DNA of 64,000 nt, from NCBI GenBank assembly GCA_039794845.1, contig JAUQVK010000035.1:1-64000 (forward strand), in the 5' to 3' direction. The notes under the pieces are model-generated. The model ran no database searches, had not been told where the DNA came from, and saw nothing but the letters and a program-made list of their open reading frames with translations. Position 1 is the stretch's first letter; the number at the start of each line of letters is the position of its first letter. Shown here one piece after another: positions 28,309 through 40,100 of the stretch. The DNA comes from Thermostichus sp. DRC_bins_24 (GTDB taxonomy: Bacteria; Cyanobacteriota; Cyanobacteriia; Thermostichales; Thermostichaceae). The position numbers and the translations under genes are program-made.

Positions 28309-29553
28309 GTGCGCCCCGCTCTTCAGCCACAACTCTCCATCCAACCCAATCGCCTGAATCACCGTCTGGCTCAACTGGCCGAAATAGGCCGATTGCCGGA
28401 AGGGGGTGTGCGACGCATTGCCTATTCACCGGAAGACGGGTTGGCCCGCCAACAGGTTCAAGCCTGGATGCAGGCCGCCGGAATGCAGGTGAACATCGAT
28501 GCCGCCGGCAACCTGATCGGCACCTACCCCGGTCGAATCCCAGGGTTGCCCGCTTTGGCCAGCGGATCCCATATTGATACGGTGCCCAGTGGCGGACGCT
28601 ACGATGGGGCCTTGGGGGTCTTGGCGGCGATTGAAGGGGTACAAACCTTGCGGGATCACAACCTCAGGCTGCGGCACCCGCTACAAGTTATCGTGTTTAC
28701 CGATGAAGAAGGGGGGATGCTCGGCAGCAAAGCCCTCTCCGGCAGCCTTCATCCCGACCCCGAACGCTACCGACGCTGCGATGGCACCCCCATCCAAACC
28801 TGCTTGGCCCGCATCGGCGGCAACTGGGATCAGATCGCCTCCGCCCGCCGTACCCGCCAAGACCTGGCCGCCTTTGTGGAATTGCACGTGGAACAGGGGG
28901 GATCCCTAGACCGAGAAGGGATCCAAGTCGGAGTAGTGGAGGGGATTGTCGGCATGCGCCGCTCCCAGATTCGGATTACCGGGCGACCGAACCATGCGGG
29001 TACCACGCCGATGCCCCTGAGAAAAGACGCCCTTGTTGCCGCCGCTCAGGTGATTTTGGCCGCTCAAGACTTGGCCTTGCGGATCCCGGGGGAACAGGTG
29101 GCGACGGTGGGGATGTGTCAGGTGTGGCCCAATGCCAGCAACATTGTGCCGGGGCGGGTGGAATTAAGTCTCGATCTGCGGGATTTGTCCTCAGAGCATT
29201 TGGACCGGTTGATGCACCAGTTCCGGCAAGCCCTAGACGAGATCGAAGGGCAAAGTGGGTGCAGGGTGGAGTGGATCCCTGGGTTGCAGGTGGATCCCGC
29301 TCTGGCGGCACCCAGGATCCAGCAGACCATCACCACTGTGTGTACGGAGTTGGGGTTAAGTCATCGTCGTTTACCCAGCCGGGCCGGTCATGATGCCCAA
29401 GAAATGGCCCGCTTCACGGATATGGGCATGATCTTTGTACCCAGTCTTGGGGGCATCAGCCATGCAGAAGATGAATATACCTCCCCGGATCAGTGTGCCT
29501 ATGGAGCGAATGTATTGCTGCAGACGCTGATGCAGCTGGATGAGCAGTATTGA
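28309..29553 (+). CDS. Zn-dependent amidohydrolase, M20 hydantoinase/carbamoylase family (allantoate amidohydrolase / N-carbamoyl-L-amino acid hydrolase-like)
   Basis: GSHIDTV, GRYDGALG, DEEG, ELHVEQG, NHAGTTPM, GHDAQ, GISH. Confidence 0.92.
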   Translation: MRPALQPQLSIQPNRLNHRLAQLAEIGRLPEGGVRRIAYSPEDGLARQQVQAWMQAAGMQVNIDAAGNLIGTYPGRIPGLPALASGSHIDTVPSGGRYDGALGVLAAIEGVQTLRDHNLRLRHPLQVIVFTDEEGGMLGSKALSGSLHPDPERYRRCDGTPIQTCLARIGGNWDQIASARRTRQDLAAFVELHVEQGGSLDREGIQVGVVEGIVGMRRSQIRITGRPNHAGTTPMPLRKDALVAAAQVILAAQDLALRIPGEQVATVGMCQVWPNASNIVPGRVELSLDLRDLSSEHLDRLMHQFRQALDEIEGQSGCRVEWIPGLQVDPALAAPRIQQTITTVCTELGLSHRRLPSRAGHDAQEMARFTDMGMIFVPSLGGISHAEDEYTSPDQCAYGANVLLQTLMQLDEQY

Positions 29554-29843
29554 GTTGGTTTGAGCCATCTCAAGGGATCCCGGCTGCAATCCGGCCGGTT
29601 CTTACCGGATCCCTGCAGCCAGGCTCACCCCTCAGCTGCCGACCGAACCCACCGACGAAGAGAAAACCCTGGCCCTAATCGCGCAATTGGCCCCCCTAGC
29701 CGGATATGGGGTTGGCTTTGGCCAGATCATTAGCCCTGCCCAAAACCCGAACGCAGGAAGTGTGCAACAATGACGGGGCCGAGGCTAGTCGGGATCCCCT
29801 TGGCTAGCTGCGGTCATGGGTTCAGCCAGGAGGATAGTTGCGG

Positions 29844-31961
29844 ATGTTTGTTCCCCTCTGGCCAGGTGAGGTCTATCCACTCGGAGCCCGCTGGGATGGG
29901 CGAGGCACCAATTTTGCCCTTTATTCTGAAAATGCTACGGCTGTGGAGTTGTGCCTGTTCGATGGGCAGGGCCATGAAAGTCGGATTCCGCTGACGGAGC
30001 GCGATATTTTTGTCTGGCATGGCTATATCCCCGGCATTGCCCCTGGGCAACGCTATGGTTTTCGGGTGCATGGCCCCTACGATCCGCAAAATGGCCAGCG
30101 CTTTAACCCCAACAAATTGCTGATCGATCCCTACGCCAAGGCAATCGATGGGCGGATTGGTTTTGGCCCGGAAATTTTTGGTTACGACTGGCAGGCGCCA
30201 GAAGCGGATCTGAGTTTTTCTGAGAGCAACAGCGCCCCCCTAGTACCCAAAGCTGTGGTGATCGATGGCTCCTTCGACTGGCAAGGGGATGAACCTTTGC
30301 GCATCCCGGCCCACGAGACGATCATCTACGAGCTACATGTTAAGGGCTTTACCCAACTGCACCCAGAGATCCCGGCCCATTTGCGGGGTACCTACGCGGG
30401 TTTGGCTCATCCTGCCGCCATTTCCCATCTGCAACGGCTGGGCATTACGGCAGTCGAGCTGTTGCCGGTGCATCACTTTCTTTCCCATCCCGGCCACTTG
30501 GTAGACAAAGGGCTGGTGAATTACTGGGGTTACGACTCGGTCAACTACTTTGCCCCCTTCAGCGGTTACAGTGCCAGCGGTTCCTGCGGCCAACAGGTGC
30601 GGGAGTTCAAGGAAATGGTGCGGGCACTGCACAAAGCAGGCATTGAGGTGATTTTGGATGTGGTTTACAACCATACGGGCGAGGGCAATCACCTGGGGCC
30701 AACCCTGTCTTTCCGGGGCATCGACAATGCTGTCTACTACCGCCTTGTGGATGGGGATCCCCGCTACTACATGGACTTCACCGGCTGCGGCAACTCCCTA
30801 AATGTGCGGCATCCGCAGGTATTGAAGCTGATCATGGATAGCCTGCGCTACTGGGTAACGGAGATGCACGTGGATGGCTTCCGCTTTGATCTGGCCTCGG
30901 CGCTGGCCCGGGAACTGTTTGCGGTGGATAGCTTGGCCGCCTTTTTCGACATTGTCCATCAGGATCCCACCCTTTCGGATGTGAAGCTGATCGCCGAGCC
31001 CTGGGATGTGGGGGAAGGGGGCTACCAGGTGGGGAATTTCCCGTTGCGCTGGTCGGAGTGGAATGGCAAGTACCGAGATACCGTGCGGGATTTCTGGCGT
31101 GGGGAAGATCAAACCCTGGCGGAGTTTGCCTATCGCTTTACCGGCAGCTCCGATCTTTACCAAACCAATGGGCGCACCCCCAACGCCAGCATCAACTTCA
31201 TCACTGCCCACGATGGCTTTACCTTGCGGGATCTGGTTAGCTACAACGACAAACACAACGAGGCCAACGGCGAAGACAACCGCGACGGCGAGAGCCATAA
31301 CCGCTCCTGGAACTGTGGGGTCGAGGGGGAGACCACGGATCCCCGGGTTTTGAATTTGCGACGCAAGCAACAGCGCAATTTTTTGGCCACCCTCTTTTTA
31401 TCCCAGGGAGTACCGATGCTCCTGGCGGGGGATGAAATGGGCCGCTCCCAGGGGGGCAACAACAACGCCTACTGCCAGGATAATGAGATTTCTTGGATCA
31501 ACTGGGATCTGCCGGACGAGAACAGCTCCCTTTTGGATTTCACCCGACAGCTGATCTTCTTTCGGCGACAACATCCGGTGTTTCGGCGCCGCAAGTGGTT
31601 CCAGGGGCGATCGATCCGAGGGGTAGCGGATATCACCTGGTTTAATCCCGATGGCGGCGAAATGACCGAAGAACAGTGGCAGGTGGGCTTTGCCAAGGCC
31701 ATCGGCATTTTCCTGAACGGCGAAGGGATCGTCACCCCCGGCCCCCGTGGAGAACGGATCCTCGACGACAGTTTTCTGCTGCTGTTCAATGCCCATTACG
31801 AGCCGCTGGAGTTTGTCTTGCCGGTGGGGTTACAAAGTCGGCAATGGGTGCTGGTGATCGATACCTGCAGAGCCCGTTTCGTGGAGGTCGGGATCCACTA
31901 CGAGGGAGATAAACCGATCCAAGTTCAAGATCGATCCCTGCTGGTGTTGCGCCGTCTATAG
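29844..31961 (+). CDS. glgX: Glycogen debranching enzyme (isoamylase)
   Basis: [65 protein letters not shown]. Confidence 0.97.
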   Translation: MFVPLWPGEVYPLGARWDGRGTNFALYSENATAVELCLFDGQGHESRIPLTERDIFVWHGYIPGIAPGQRYGFRVHGPYDPQNGQRFNPNKLLIDPYAKAIDGRIGFGPEIFGYDWQAPEADLSFSESNSAPLVPKAVVIDGSFDWQGDEPLRIPAHETIIYELHVKGFTQLHPEIPAHLRGTYAGLAHPAAISHLQRLGITAVELLPVHHFLSHPGHLVDKGLVNYWGYDSVNYFAPFSGYSASGSCGQQVREFKEMVRALHKAGIEVILDVVYNHTGEGNHLGPTLSFRGIDNAVYYRLVDGDPRYYMDFTGCGNSLNVRHPQVLKLIMDSLRYWVTEMHVDGFRFDLASALARELFAVDSLAAFFDIVHQDPTLSDVKLIAEPWDVGEGGYQVGNFPLRWSEWNGKYRDTVRDFWRGEDQTLAEFAYRFTGSSDLYQTNGRTPNASINFITAHDGFTLRDLVSYNDKHNEANGEDNRDGESHNRSWNCGVEGETTDPRVLNLRRKQQRNFLATLFLSQGVPMLLAGDEMGRSQGGNNNAYCQDNEISWINWDLPDENSSLLDFTRQLIFFRRQHPVFRRRKWFQGRSIRGVADITWFNPDGGEMTEEQWQVGFAKAIGIFLNGEGIVTPGPRGERILDDSFLLLFNAHYEPLEFVLPVGLQSRQWVLVIDTCRARFVEVGIHYEGDKPIQVQDRSLLVLRRL

Positions 31962-32140
31962 GGATCCCGAGAGAACCCCTCGCACGGTAGCAAAAAGTGT
32001 AACGGTTCCTAAGCCATTTTGTGGAAGCAAGACGAACCCTTACACTGTCTGACGGGAAGTGGAAGCAAAACGGAAGCTTTATCCCCGAGGGGTAGAAATA
32101 TGACAGAAGGAATGGTAGTAAGGCTAGCTGGCCCTTGCCT

Positions 32141-32380
32141 ATGTTTGACGATCTGCTCCGTGCGATCCGTAGCCGCGACCTCGAGGCCGCTACCCTAGCC
32201 GTACAGGACTTGCGCTCCCGTCATTTGAGTGAGGCTGCCATTGCCTCGATGGTGATGGTGGCGGTAGAACGGTTGGCCTGGGATGAAGGCGATCGGGCCG
32301 CTGCCAATTGGCTCTTGCGCCGCTGCTCCAAACGTCGTTCCTCGCCAAACCCGAAGAACCCTTCCGTTCCTCACCGCTAG
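32141..32380 (+). CDS. Small hypothetical protein
   Basis: Amphipathic helical ~79-aa ORF with host-like codon usage in an otherwise empty gap. Confidence 0.55.
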   Translation: MFDDLLRAIRSRDLEAATLAVQDLRSRHLSEAAIASMVMVAVERLAWDEGDRAAANWLLRRCSKRRSSPNPKNPSVPHR

Positions 32381-32461
32381 ACTGAGGGAACCGCCATCTT
32401 GGGGGGAAATGGGCGGAAATGCAAGCCTGTCACTCCCAGTCGGCCATGACCCCAGGGATCC

Positions 32462-33295
32462 CTAGGGCCGCAGGAACCCCATCGCCAAACCCAGGATAAT
32501 AAACAGGCCAAACCCAATCCGATAGAAGATGAACAGCCAGGTGCTGCTGCGTTGCAAAAACTTGATCAGCCAATCGATGGAAAGATAGGAAAAGACAAAA
32601 GCAGAGAGGGTTCCCAGCCCCTGCGGTAGCAACGCTTCGACTTCAAACTCTGAGACGAATTCCAGCACCCCGGCCAAAAACAGCGCCGGGATCCCGAGCA
32701 AAAAGGAGTACCGGGCGGCAACCGAGCGCTGCAAATTAAGAAATAACCCCGCGGTAATGGTGGATCCCGAACGGGATACCCCCGGAATTAAGGCCAACGT
32801 CTGGGCTAGGCCCACCCAGATCCCATCCCAGATCCCGAGACTATGCACATCTCGCCGCCGCTTGCCCGTTCGCTCCGCCCAACCCAGCAGCAGAGCAAGA
32901 CCAATGGCAGCCCCGGCGATCACCCATAGCTGGCGCGGCGGGGATCCCCAGATCACCTTGACCGCCAACCCCACCCCCACAATTGGCAGCGTTCCCACCA
33001 GGATGCCGACCAGTAGCCGCCAGGATTCTTGGTGAAAATCCCGCTTTTGCCAGGCGTTCCAGGACTCCAAAACCAGTTTGCGCAAGTCAGCAGCAAAATA
33101 GATCAACACCGCTACCAAGCTGCCCAGCTGGATCACCGCCGTAAAGGAGGCCCCCGCATCCGGCCACCCCATCAACGCCGGGAAAACCCGTAAATGGGCG
33201 GTACTGCTAATTGGGATAAACTCAGTGATCCCTTGTACCATGCCCAAAATCAGGGCTTGCCACCAATTGGGGTACCAGATGTCGGCAAACAGCAA
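32462..33295 (-). CDS. uppP: Undecaprenyl-diphosphate phosphatase (BacA/UppP)
   Basis: QGITEFIPISSTAH, IQLGS, PGVSRSGST, polytopic membrane protein. Confidence 0.96.
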   Translation of the reverse strand: MLFADIWYPNWWQALILGMVQGITEFIPISSTAHLRVFPALMGWPDAGASFTAVIQLGSLVAVLIYFAADLRKLVLESWNAWQKRDFHQESWRLLVGILVGTLPIVGVGLAVKVIWGSPPRQLWVIAGAAIGLALLLGWAERTGKRRRDVHSLGIWDGIWVGLAQTLALIPGVSRSGSTITAGLFLNLQRSVAARYSFLLGIPALFLAGVLEFVSEFEVEALLPQGLGTLSAFVFSYLSIDWLIKFLQRSSTWLFIFYRIGFGLFIILGLAMGFLRP

Positions 33296-33334
33296 AGAAC
33301 CTCACTCCTCTCCCAGACCAGAGCCGATCCGGCC

Positions 33335-33856
33335 CTAAAACCCAATCCGTTCGGGATCGTCAATGGTGATCAGCCAGTTGCCCACGTTGCGAAAGAGGGG
33401 GTTGGGTTCGGTGCCTCGCACCCGCGCCTCAACGCGATAGATCCCGGCTGCGGCAGGATTGCGCACATTGGAGAGCACCAAGCGTATTTCTTGCCCGGCG
33501 GCGATCGGTTGGCGAGCCACCACTTCTAGGGAGCGAAATTCTTCGTTCCAGTACACTTCCTCCAGGTCGACCGGGGTGCCCTCCACCTCCAGCCGCACAT
33601 TCTCGGGATCGATGCGGGCATCAAAGTTTCTGTCCCCGTTGATCTGCACTTCTGCCACCGCCAGATCCTGGGGGGGAATGGTAAGGCGGTAGCGATCAAG
33701 GCGACCGCGAATACCCCGAAAATCCAGCCGATACCTGAGGACCGGAACGCCTTCGCTGCCGGTGATCACCAAGCCCGACTGCGCCTCTACAGAAGAGGTG
33801 GGCAGGATCAGGGCTCCCAGACCACCCAGCACCAAGCCCAGCAGTACCAGCTTCAC
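33335..33856 (-). CDS. DUF2808-like secreted cyanobacterial protein
   Basis: Signal peptide ending VEA-Q, LRYRLDF, DRYRL, LSNVRNP..GIY, VGNW. Start uncertain; the ORF is open to 34000. Confidence 0.75.
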   Translation of the reverse strand: MKLVLLGLVLGGLGALILPTSSVEAQSGLVITGSEGVPVLRYRLDFRGIRGRLDRYRLTIPPQDLAVAEVQINGDRNFDARIDPENVRLEVEGTPVDLEEVYWNEEFRSLEVVARQPIAAGQEIRLVLSNVRNPAAAGIYRVEARVRGTEPNPLFRNVGNWLITIDDPERIGF

Positions 33857-34101
33857 CCTTAGGGGGGCCAAGCTAACCCAATGCGAACGCTCCCTTGCTC
33901 TCAACACCCGAACCTCCGTTCGCCAAAACACTTCAGCACGTTCAAAACTGACGCTGGAACTTAAAAATGTGGCCGGCGGCCAGCACCCCAAAGGCCACAC
34001 CGTAGTTCATTGTAAGGGATGGGATCCCATCCCACCGGGAGGGCTTCTTGCTCCCCCCGCTGCGGAGGTGCGCAGTTTTGGTGCCATCCCTCAGCCCACC
34101 C

Positions 34102-34581
34102 TCAACTTAACAAAGCCGTACACTCCAGCAGCAGCCGTTGGTTGATCAGGGCATAGGGCTGAATGTCCAGTGCTTTCTGAAAAGCAGCGATCGCCCCCCG
34201 ATAATCTCCCAGGGCGGCTCGACACAGACCCAGTCCATGCCATGCCCCAAAATGAAAGGGGCACAGTCGTACCACTGCCTCACAATCCTGGGCTGCCTCG
34301 GGATAGCGCTTCAGGGTGTAGAACAAAACCGCCCGGCGGTTCCAAGCTTCCACAAAATCCGGCAGTTGCCCGATCAACTCACTTAACAGCGCCTCTGCTG
34401 CCTCGGGTTGGCCGCTGTCGATCAGCCGTTGCGAGTGTTCCAAAGCCGCTCGACCGGCAATTCCCTTTTGCCCAAACCACAGATCCCACAGAGCTTCGGT
34501 GGCCTCCTGACGCACCTCCGGCGACTCCTCCCGAAGGGCGGCCAAAAGCTGTTCGATCTGGGCCTTGTCGAACTCTTCCAT
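34102..34581 (-). CDS. TPR repeat protein with HEAT-like N-terminus
   Basis: PDFVEAWNRRAVL, PFHFGAWHGLGLC, AIAAFQKALDIQP. Confidence 0.88.
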   Translation of the reverse strand: MEEFDKAQIEQLLAALREESPEVRQEATEALWDLWFGQKGIAGRAALEHSQRLIDSGQPEAAEALLSELIGQLPDFVEAWNRRAVLFYTLKRYPEAAQDCEAVVRLCPFHFGAWHGLGLCRAALGDYRGAIAAFQKALDIQPYALINQRLLLECTALLS

Positions 34582-34637
34582 GCTTCCCTCTGTTGCCCAT
34601 GTATCCCTGAAGTCTAGAGGGGATCACGGATACCTCG

Positions 34638-35399
34638 TCAGCGATCCACCAAGCGCAGATCGAAAGTGAGGATGTTGGCGGCCAAAATTTCTAGGGCTCC
34701 CCCTTCGATGATGTCGCGGGTGGTGGCGGCCCCAGAGCCGGTTTGGATGAGCTCGCGGCTGCGCCGTACCGTTTCTTGTCGCTGAGGATCGTCTACGATC
34801 ACCTGCCGCTGATTGGACAAGCTGAGGCGATAGTAGTTGGGCAGATCGCCCCGGGTGGCGTCGATGGCCAAATTGGTCTCCTCAGGGGCAACCCGAAAGG
34901 GAGCACGGGCGGTAAGCAAGGCCACCTGAATGTCCTGATCTCGACCGTCTAGGCCCTCCAGCTCCGAGAGATCGATTTGAAAATTCAGGGTGTCTCGGTC
35001 ACGGCTGAGGCGATCCACTCGCACCTCGTTGAAGCCCACCGCAAATTCCCGCTCCGGCTCACCAAACCGCTGGATCGTTGACTGCAGCACCGACTCCTCG
35101 TTGAGGGGAGTGACCCGAATCAGATAATCCCAGTCCCGCACGAAGGCATAGTCATTCGGCCCCAAGCTGACGTTCGGATCCACCAAGTTGGCAGTGGGGC
35201 CGGGGCTTCCGGCACGGCTGAGGGCGACGATATACCAATAGTTGGAGTTAATGGGCAAGCCCATGGTCATGCGCACCTCTAACACCGGCCGCGCCCAGGC
35301 CGCAACAGCCGTGAGGGCCGCCATGGCCACACCCCCAAAACAACTCCACAGCCAGTGCTGCGGGCGAAAATCAAGTTTAGGCAGGCCAGATCGAGGCAT
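34638..35399 (-). CDS. Secreted hypothetical protein
   Basis: Long ORF with signal-peptide-like segment (AALTAVAAWA) and beta-rich mature part; no family recognised. Confidence 0.7.
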   Translation of the reverse strand: MPRSGLPKLDFRPQHWLWSCFGGVAMAALTAVAAWARPVLEVRMTMGLPINSNYWYIVALSRAGSPGPTANLVDPNVSLGPNDYAFVRDWDYLIRVTPLNEESVLQSTIQRFGEPEREFAVGFNEVRVDRLSRDRDTLNFQIDLSELEGLDGRDQDIQVALLTARAPFRVAPEETNLAIDATRGDLPNYYRLSLSNQRQVIVDDPQRQETVRRSRELIQTGSGAATTRDIIEGGALEILAANILTFDLRLVDR

Positions 35400-35716
35400 G
35401 GCAGGAGTCCTTATCAAGCTCAAGCGTCCTTAACAGCAGTTGACGATTCTTTAGGCAGCGGGCAAGGGGGTTGCCCCGATTTTGCTGCCCATTCTTAGAC
35501 TGTTTAGACAGTTTAGCCAGGAATGGAGTGCCCCCAGTAGCTTCCTCAGAGCCCTGAACAACCTGAAGTTTTTGTTAAGGATCTACCTTAATTCTGTATT
35601 GCGAAGATTTCAAGCGTTTTTGTACAGGCGGAGGGCAGCTTCGGTTCATTACCCTGATCAAGCAAGTGCAGTGGTGGGATCCCTCTGCCCACATGCCAGT
35701 TGTTGGAGCCACTTCA

Positions 35717-37030
35717 ATGATGCGATTGCGGACAACCTTGCCGGTACTGTGTCTTTCCTTGCTGTTGGTGGCCTGCCGAGCTGAGGGGCCATCGGAGGGG
35801 ATGGACGGCATGGGGGGAGGAGAGGGACCACCCCCTACGCCGGTGGAAATGGGCAGGGTGGAGGAGCGGATGATCCAGGAGACCTCTGAGTTGATTGCCA
35901 GTCTTGGATCGCAGCAGGTGGCCAGCATTAACCCGCAGGTGAGTGGTCAGATCACGCAGGTCTTCGTACAGTTGGGATCCCAAGTTGCCGCCGGATCCCC
36001 AATGTTTGAGATTGATTCCAGCCAGCAGCAGGCAGCAGTCGCCAGCCAAGCTGCCGCGATTGCCTCTGCCCAAGCGATTGTCGAAAGCAGTCGGGCTAAC
36101 CTGAGCCAATTACAAGCGGATCGTCTGCGTCTGGAGGCGGAGGTAGAGTTTGCCCGCCAGCAGCACGAGCGCAACACCCAATTGTTGGCAGAAGGGGTGA
36201 TCACGCGGCTACAGGCGGATCAGTCCAGCCGGGATCTGCGTCAAGCCGAGGCAGCCTTGGCGGCGCAGCAGGAGCAGATCCGTGCTCAGGAGGCCGCCAT
36301 TGTTCGGGCGGAGCGGGATGTTCAACGGGCCCAGGCGGATGCCGCTCAGCAACAGGTGCAGTTGCGCTTTTTCCGGGTCAGCGCTCCTTTTGCCGGCGTC
36401 GTTGGAGAAGTGCGGGTTCGGCAAGGGGACTCCGTTACGCCCCAGACGGTTCTGACTACCCTTAGCCAGAGCCAATCCTTGGAGATCAACTTGAATATTC
36501 CGCTGGAACGGGCACCGCAGCTGCGCATCGGTACGCCGGTGGAGATCTTGGACAGCCGCAATCGGGTGATCGCCACCAGCCAAATTTCCTTCATCGCTCC
36601 CGAAGCAGAAGCCAATACCCAGTCGGTTTTGGCCAAGGCTTTGCTGGACAACCCAGATGGGCAGTTGCGCTCGGCGCAGTTCGTGCGAGCCCGCATCCTC
36701 TGGGAAGAACGACCGGCGTTGTTGGTTCCGGTATCGGCAGTGGCGCGGGTGGCAGGGCAAAATTTTGTCTACATCGTCGAAACGACCGATCCTCCGGCCG
36801 AGGGTATGCCCCCTGGCGCAATTGCCGTCCAAAAGCCCGTACGACTGGGATCCATCCAGGGCAATCACTATGAGGTGCTGGAGGGTCTGGAGGCCAATGA
36901 GCCGATCGTGCTGACGGGTCTCCAGAAAATCCGCGATGGCGCACCGATTGTGGACGAAGTGATCTTTCAACAAATGATGATGCAACAGGGGGGCGAGGGG
37001 CCACCGCAGGGATCCCCACCCCAGCCCTAG
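35717..37030 (+). CDS. RND efflux periplasmic adaptor (membrane fusion lipoprotein)
   Basis: Lipobox LLVA-C, INPQVSGQI, coiled hairpin, SAPFAGVVG, LLVPVSAV. Confidence 0.93.
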   Translation: MMRLRTTLPVLCLSLLLVACRAEGPSEGMDGMGGGEGPPPTPVEMGRVEERMIQETSELIASLGSQQVASINPQVSGQITQVFVQLGSQVAAGSPMFEIDSSQQQAAVASQAAAIASAQAIVESSRANLSQLQADRLRLEAEVEFARQQHERNTQLLAEGVITRLQADQSSRDLRQAEAALAAQQEQIRAQEAAIVRAERDVQRAQADAAQQQVQLRFFRVSAPFAGVVGEVRVRQGDSVTPQTVLTTLSQSQSLEINLNIPLERAPQLRIGTPVEILDSRNRVIATSQISFIAPEAEANTQSVLAKALLDNPDGQLRSAQFVRARILWEERPALLVPVSAVARVAGQNFVYIVETTDPPAEGMPPGAIAVQKPVRLGSIQGNHYEVLEGLEANEPIVLTGLQKIRDGAPIVDEVIFQQMMMQQGGEGPPQGSPPQP

Positions 37031-37107
37031 ATTTTGGGATCCGATCCCCAGCGTGAGGATCCCCTGAACTAACCCACCCCCACCCATTTGGAGCGGATCC
37101 CTGGCTT

Positions 37108-40100
37108 ATGTTCGTTGATTTTTTCATTCGTCGCCCTGTCTTTGCCACCGTCTGCTCCATCATCATCGTGCTGGTGGGGGCCGTGTGTATTCCGCTGTTG
37201 CCGGTCGATTATTACCCCCAGGTGGCACCTCCAGCTGTCACCGTGACAGCGGTCTATCCGGGGGCCAATGCCGAGACGGTGGAGACCGCGGTAACCAACG
37301 TCCTAGAACAAGAGATCAACGGCGTGGAGGGCTTGCGCTACATCTCCTCGGTGAGCAGTAGCAACGGCACCAGTCAAATCACGGTCACCTTCAACCCCGA
37401 GCGAAACCTCGATGCTGCTGCCATCGACGTGCAAAACCGGGTCTCCCAGGTGCAGGGGCAGTTGCCGGAGGAGGTGAACCAAAACGGCATTACGGTACAA
37501 AAATCCGGGGACAGTGCCTTTGTTCAGGTGGTGTCGCTGCGCTCGCAGGCGGGGGAATACGACGAGCTGTTTGTCAGCAACTATGCCGATCTGTACGTGC
37601 GAGATGCCCTGCGCCGCATTCGCGGGGTGAGCGATGTTTTAATTTTTGGGGATCGCAGATATGCCATGCGCATTTGGCTGGATCCCTCTCGGTTGGCCGG
37701 CTACGGGTTGATTGCCCAAGATGTGGTGAACGCCATCCGCCAACAGAACATTCAGGTGCCCGCCGGACAAATTGGCAGCCAACCCAGTGCCCCTGACCAG
37801 CAGTTTCAGATCAACGTGCAGGCGGTTGGACGACTGGCGGAACCGGAGGAATTTGCCCAGATTATCCTCAGAGCCAACCCGGATGGCAGCCTGGTGCGCA
37901 TTGCCGATGTGGGGCGGGTGGAGTTGGGGGCGCAAAGCTACGATACTTTCTTCCGCATTGGCGGTCAGGAGGCGGTCGGGATCGCCATTACCAAGCAGCC
38001 GGATGCCAACGCCCTCGAAGTGGCGCGGCGGGTCAAGGAAACCCTCGAGACCTTGGCCCAGAGCTTCCCGCCGGGTCTGATTTACGAGATCCCCTTTGAT
38101 GCCACTCTGTTCATCAACGAGTCGGTGCAGGAGGTGATTCGGACACTGCTGCAGGCGATTGGCTTGGTGGTGCTGGTGCTGTTTATCTTCCTGCAGGATT
38201 GGCGCATCACCCTGATCCCGACGATCACGATCCCGGTGGCGTTGCTGGGTACCTTTATTTTCGTGCGCCTGTTTGGTTTTTCCATCAACACCCTGACCAT
38301 GTTCGGCCTGACCTTGGCCACGGGCTTGGTGGTGGACGACACGATCGTGGTGGTGGAGAATATCTCCCGCTACATCCGGGATCGGGGCATGCGGCCTTTG
38401 CAGGGGGCCTCGGCGGGCATGAACGAGGTATTTGGGGCTGTGCTGGCGACCACGCTAGTGCTGCTGGGGTTGTTTCTGCCGATCGCCTTCTTTCCCGGTA
38501 CCAGTGGCCGCATTTATCAGCAGTTTGCCGTCACCATTGCCGTGTCGGTCTCCCTTTCTACGTTTAATGCCATTACCTTGGCCCCGGCTTTATCGGCCCT
38601 GCTGATTCGCCCACGATCGGGGCAGATGTTCTGGCTGTTGCGCTGGTTTGATCAGGCGGTGGAAGGGATCCGCGCCGGCTACCGTTGGATGTTGGGGCTT
38701 GTGGTCAAGCTGCGGCTGCTGGTGGTGGCCCTGTTTATCGGCTGTTTGGGCCTTACCTACTGGCTGTTTCAGATCGTGCCGACGGGCTTTGTGCCGGATG
38801 AAGATCAGGGGTATTTCATCACCTTTATTCAGGGGCCGCCGGGGGTCTCCCTGAACTACACCGACGAGGTGATCCAGCAGGCTACAGGAATCATGCAAGG
38901 GATCCCGGAAATCCGCGATACGGCAATTGTGGGGGGCTTTAGCTTCAGTGGCCCGTCGCCAGGCAACGGCTTGATCTTTGCCGCCCTCAAACCCTGGGAG
39001 GAGCGGCGGCGGCCGGAGCAATCGGCTCAGGCCATTGTCAGGCAACTGTTCGGGCCTTTCTTGGGAGGGATCAGCAGATCGTTGGTGATCCCGATTTTGC
39101 CTCCGGCGATTCCCGACCTGGGGGTTACGGGCGGGTTTAGCTTTCAACTTCAAGATCGCGGCGTTAACGATTTCAACCTGCTGGAGCAGACGGCAAACAC
39201 CCTCTTTTTTGTCGGCAACTCGCCGCCGCAACCGGGGCAGCCACCACTGGGTTTGCAAATTAACCCGCCCACCTTCAGTGCCAACTCGCCCCAAATCCAG
39301 GTGCGGGTGGATCGCAACATGGCCCAACTGCTCGGAGTTCCGCTCGCAGATGTGTTTGGCACCCTACAGACGCTGCTGGGGGGCACCTACGTCAACAATT
39401 TTGATCTGTTCAATCGCAACTACCGGGTGTACGTGCAGGCGGATCAGCCCTTCCGCTCCAACCCAGAAAGCATCCATCAGTTTTACGTGCGCGGCGGCGA
39501 GGGCCAATTGTTGCCCTTGAGCAGCTTGGTGCAGGTGCAGGAGACCACCGGCCCAGACATCATCAACCACTTCAACCTCTTCCGCTCCACGGAGATTCAG
39601 GGCAACCCGCTGCCGGGCTTTAGTTCGGGTCAGGCGATTCGCTCCATGGAAGCCTTGGCAGCACAACTGTTGCCTCAAGGGTTTGGCTTCGAGTGGTCGG
39701 GTATTTCCCTAGAAGAGATCGAGTCTGGGGGGCAAGCGCCGATCATCTTTGCTCTGGGTTTGGTCTTCGTGTTTTTGGTCTTGGCAGCTCAATTTGAGAG
39801 CTACGTGGATCCCTTTATTATTCTGCTGGCGGTGCCGCTGGCGATCTTGGGGGCCCTTTCGGCACAGTTGTTGCGTGGATTGGAAAACGACATTTTCTGC
39901 CAAGTGGGGCTGGTGATGTTGATCGGTTTGGCCAGCAAAAACTCGATTTTGATCGTGGAGTTTGCCAACCAACTGGTGGAACAAGGGATCCCGATCCTCA
40001 AGGCCGCCGTCCAGGCCGCCGAGACTCGTTTCCGGGCCATTCTCATGACTGCCCTGAGCACCATCTTGGGCATTTTCCCTTTGGCCGTGGCTGCAGGCGC

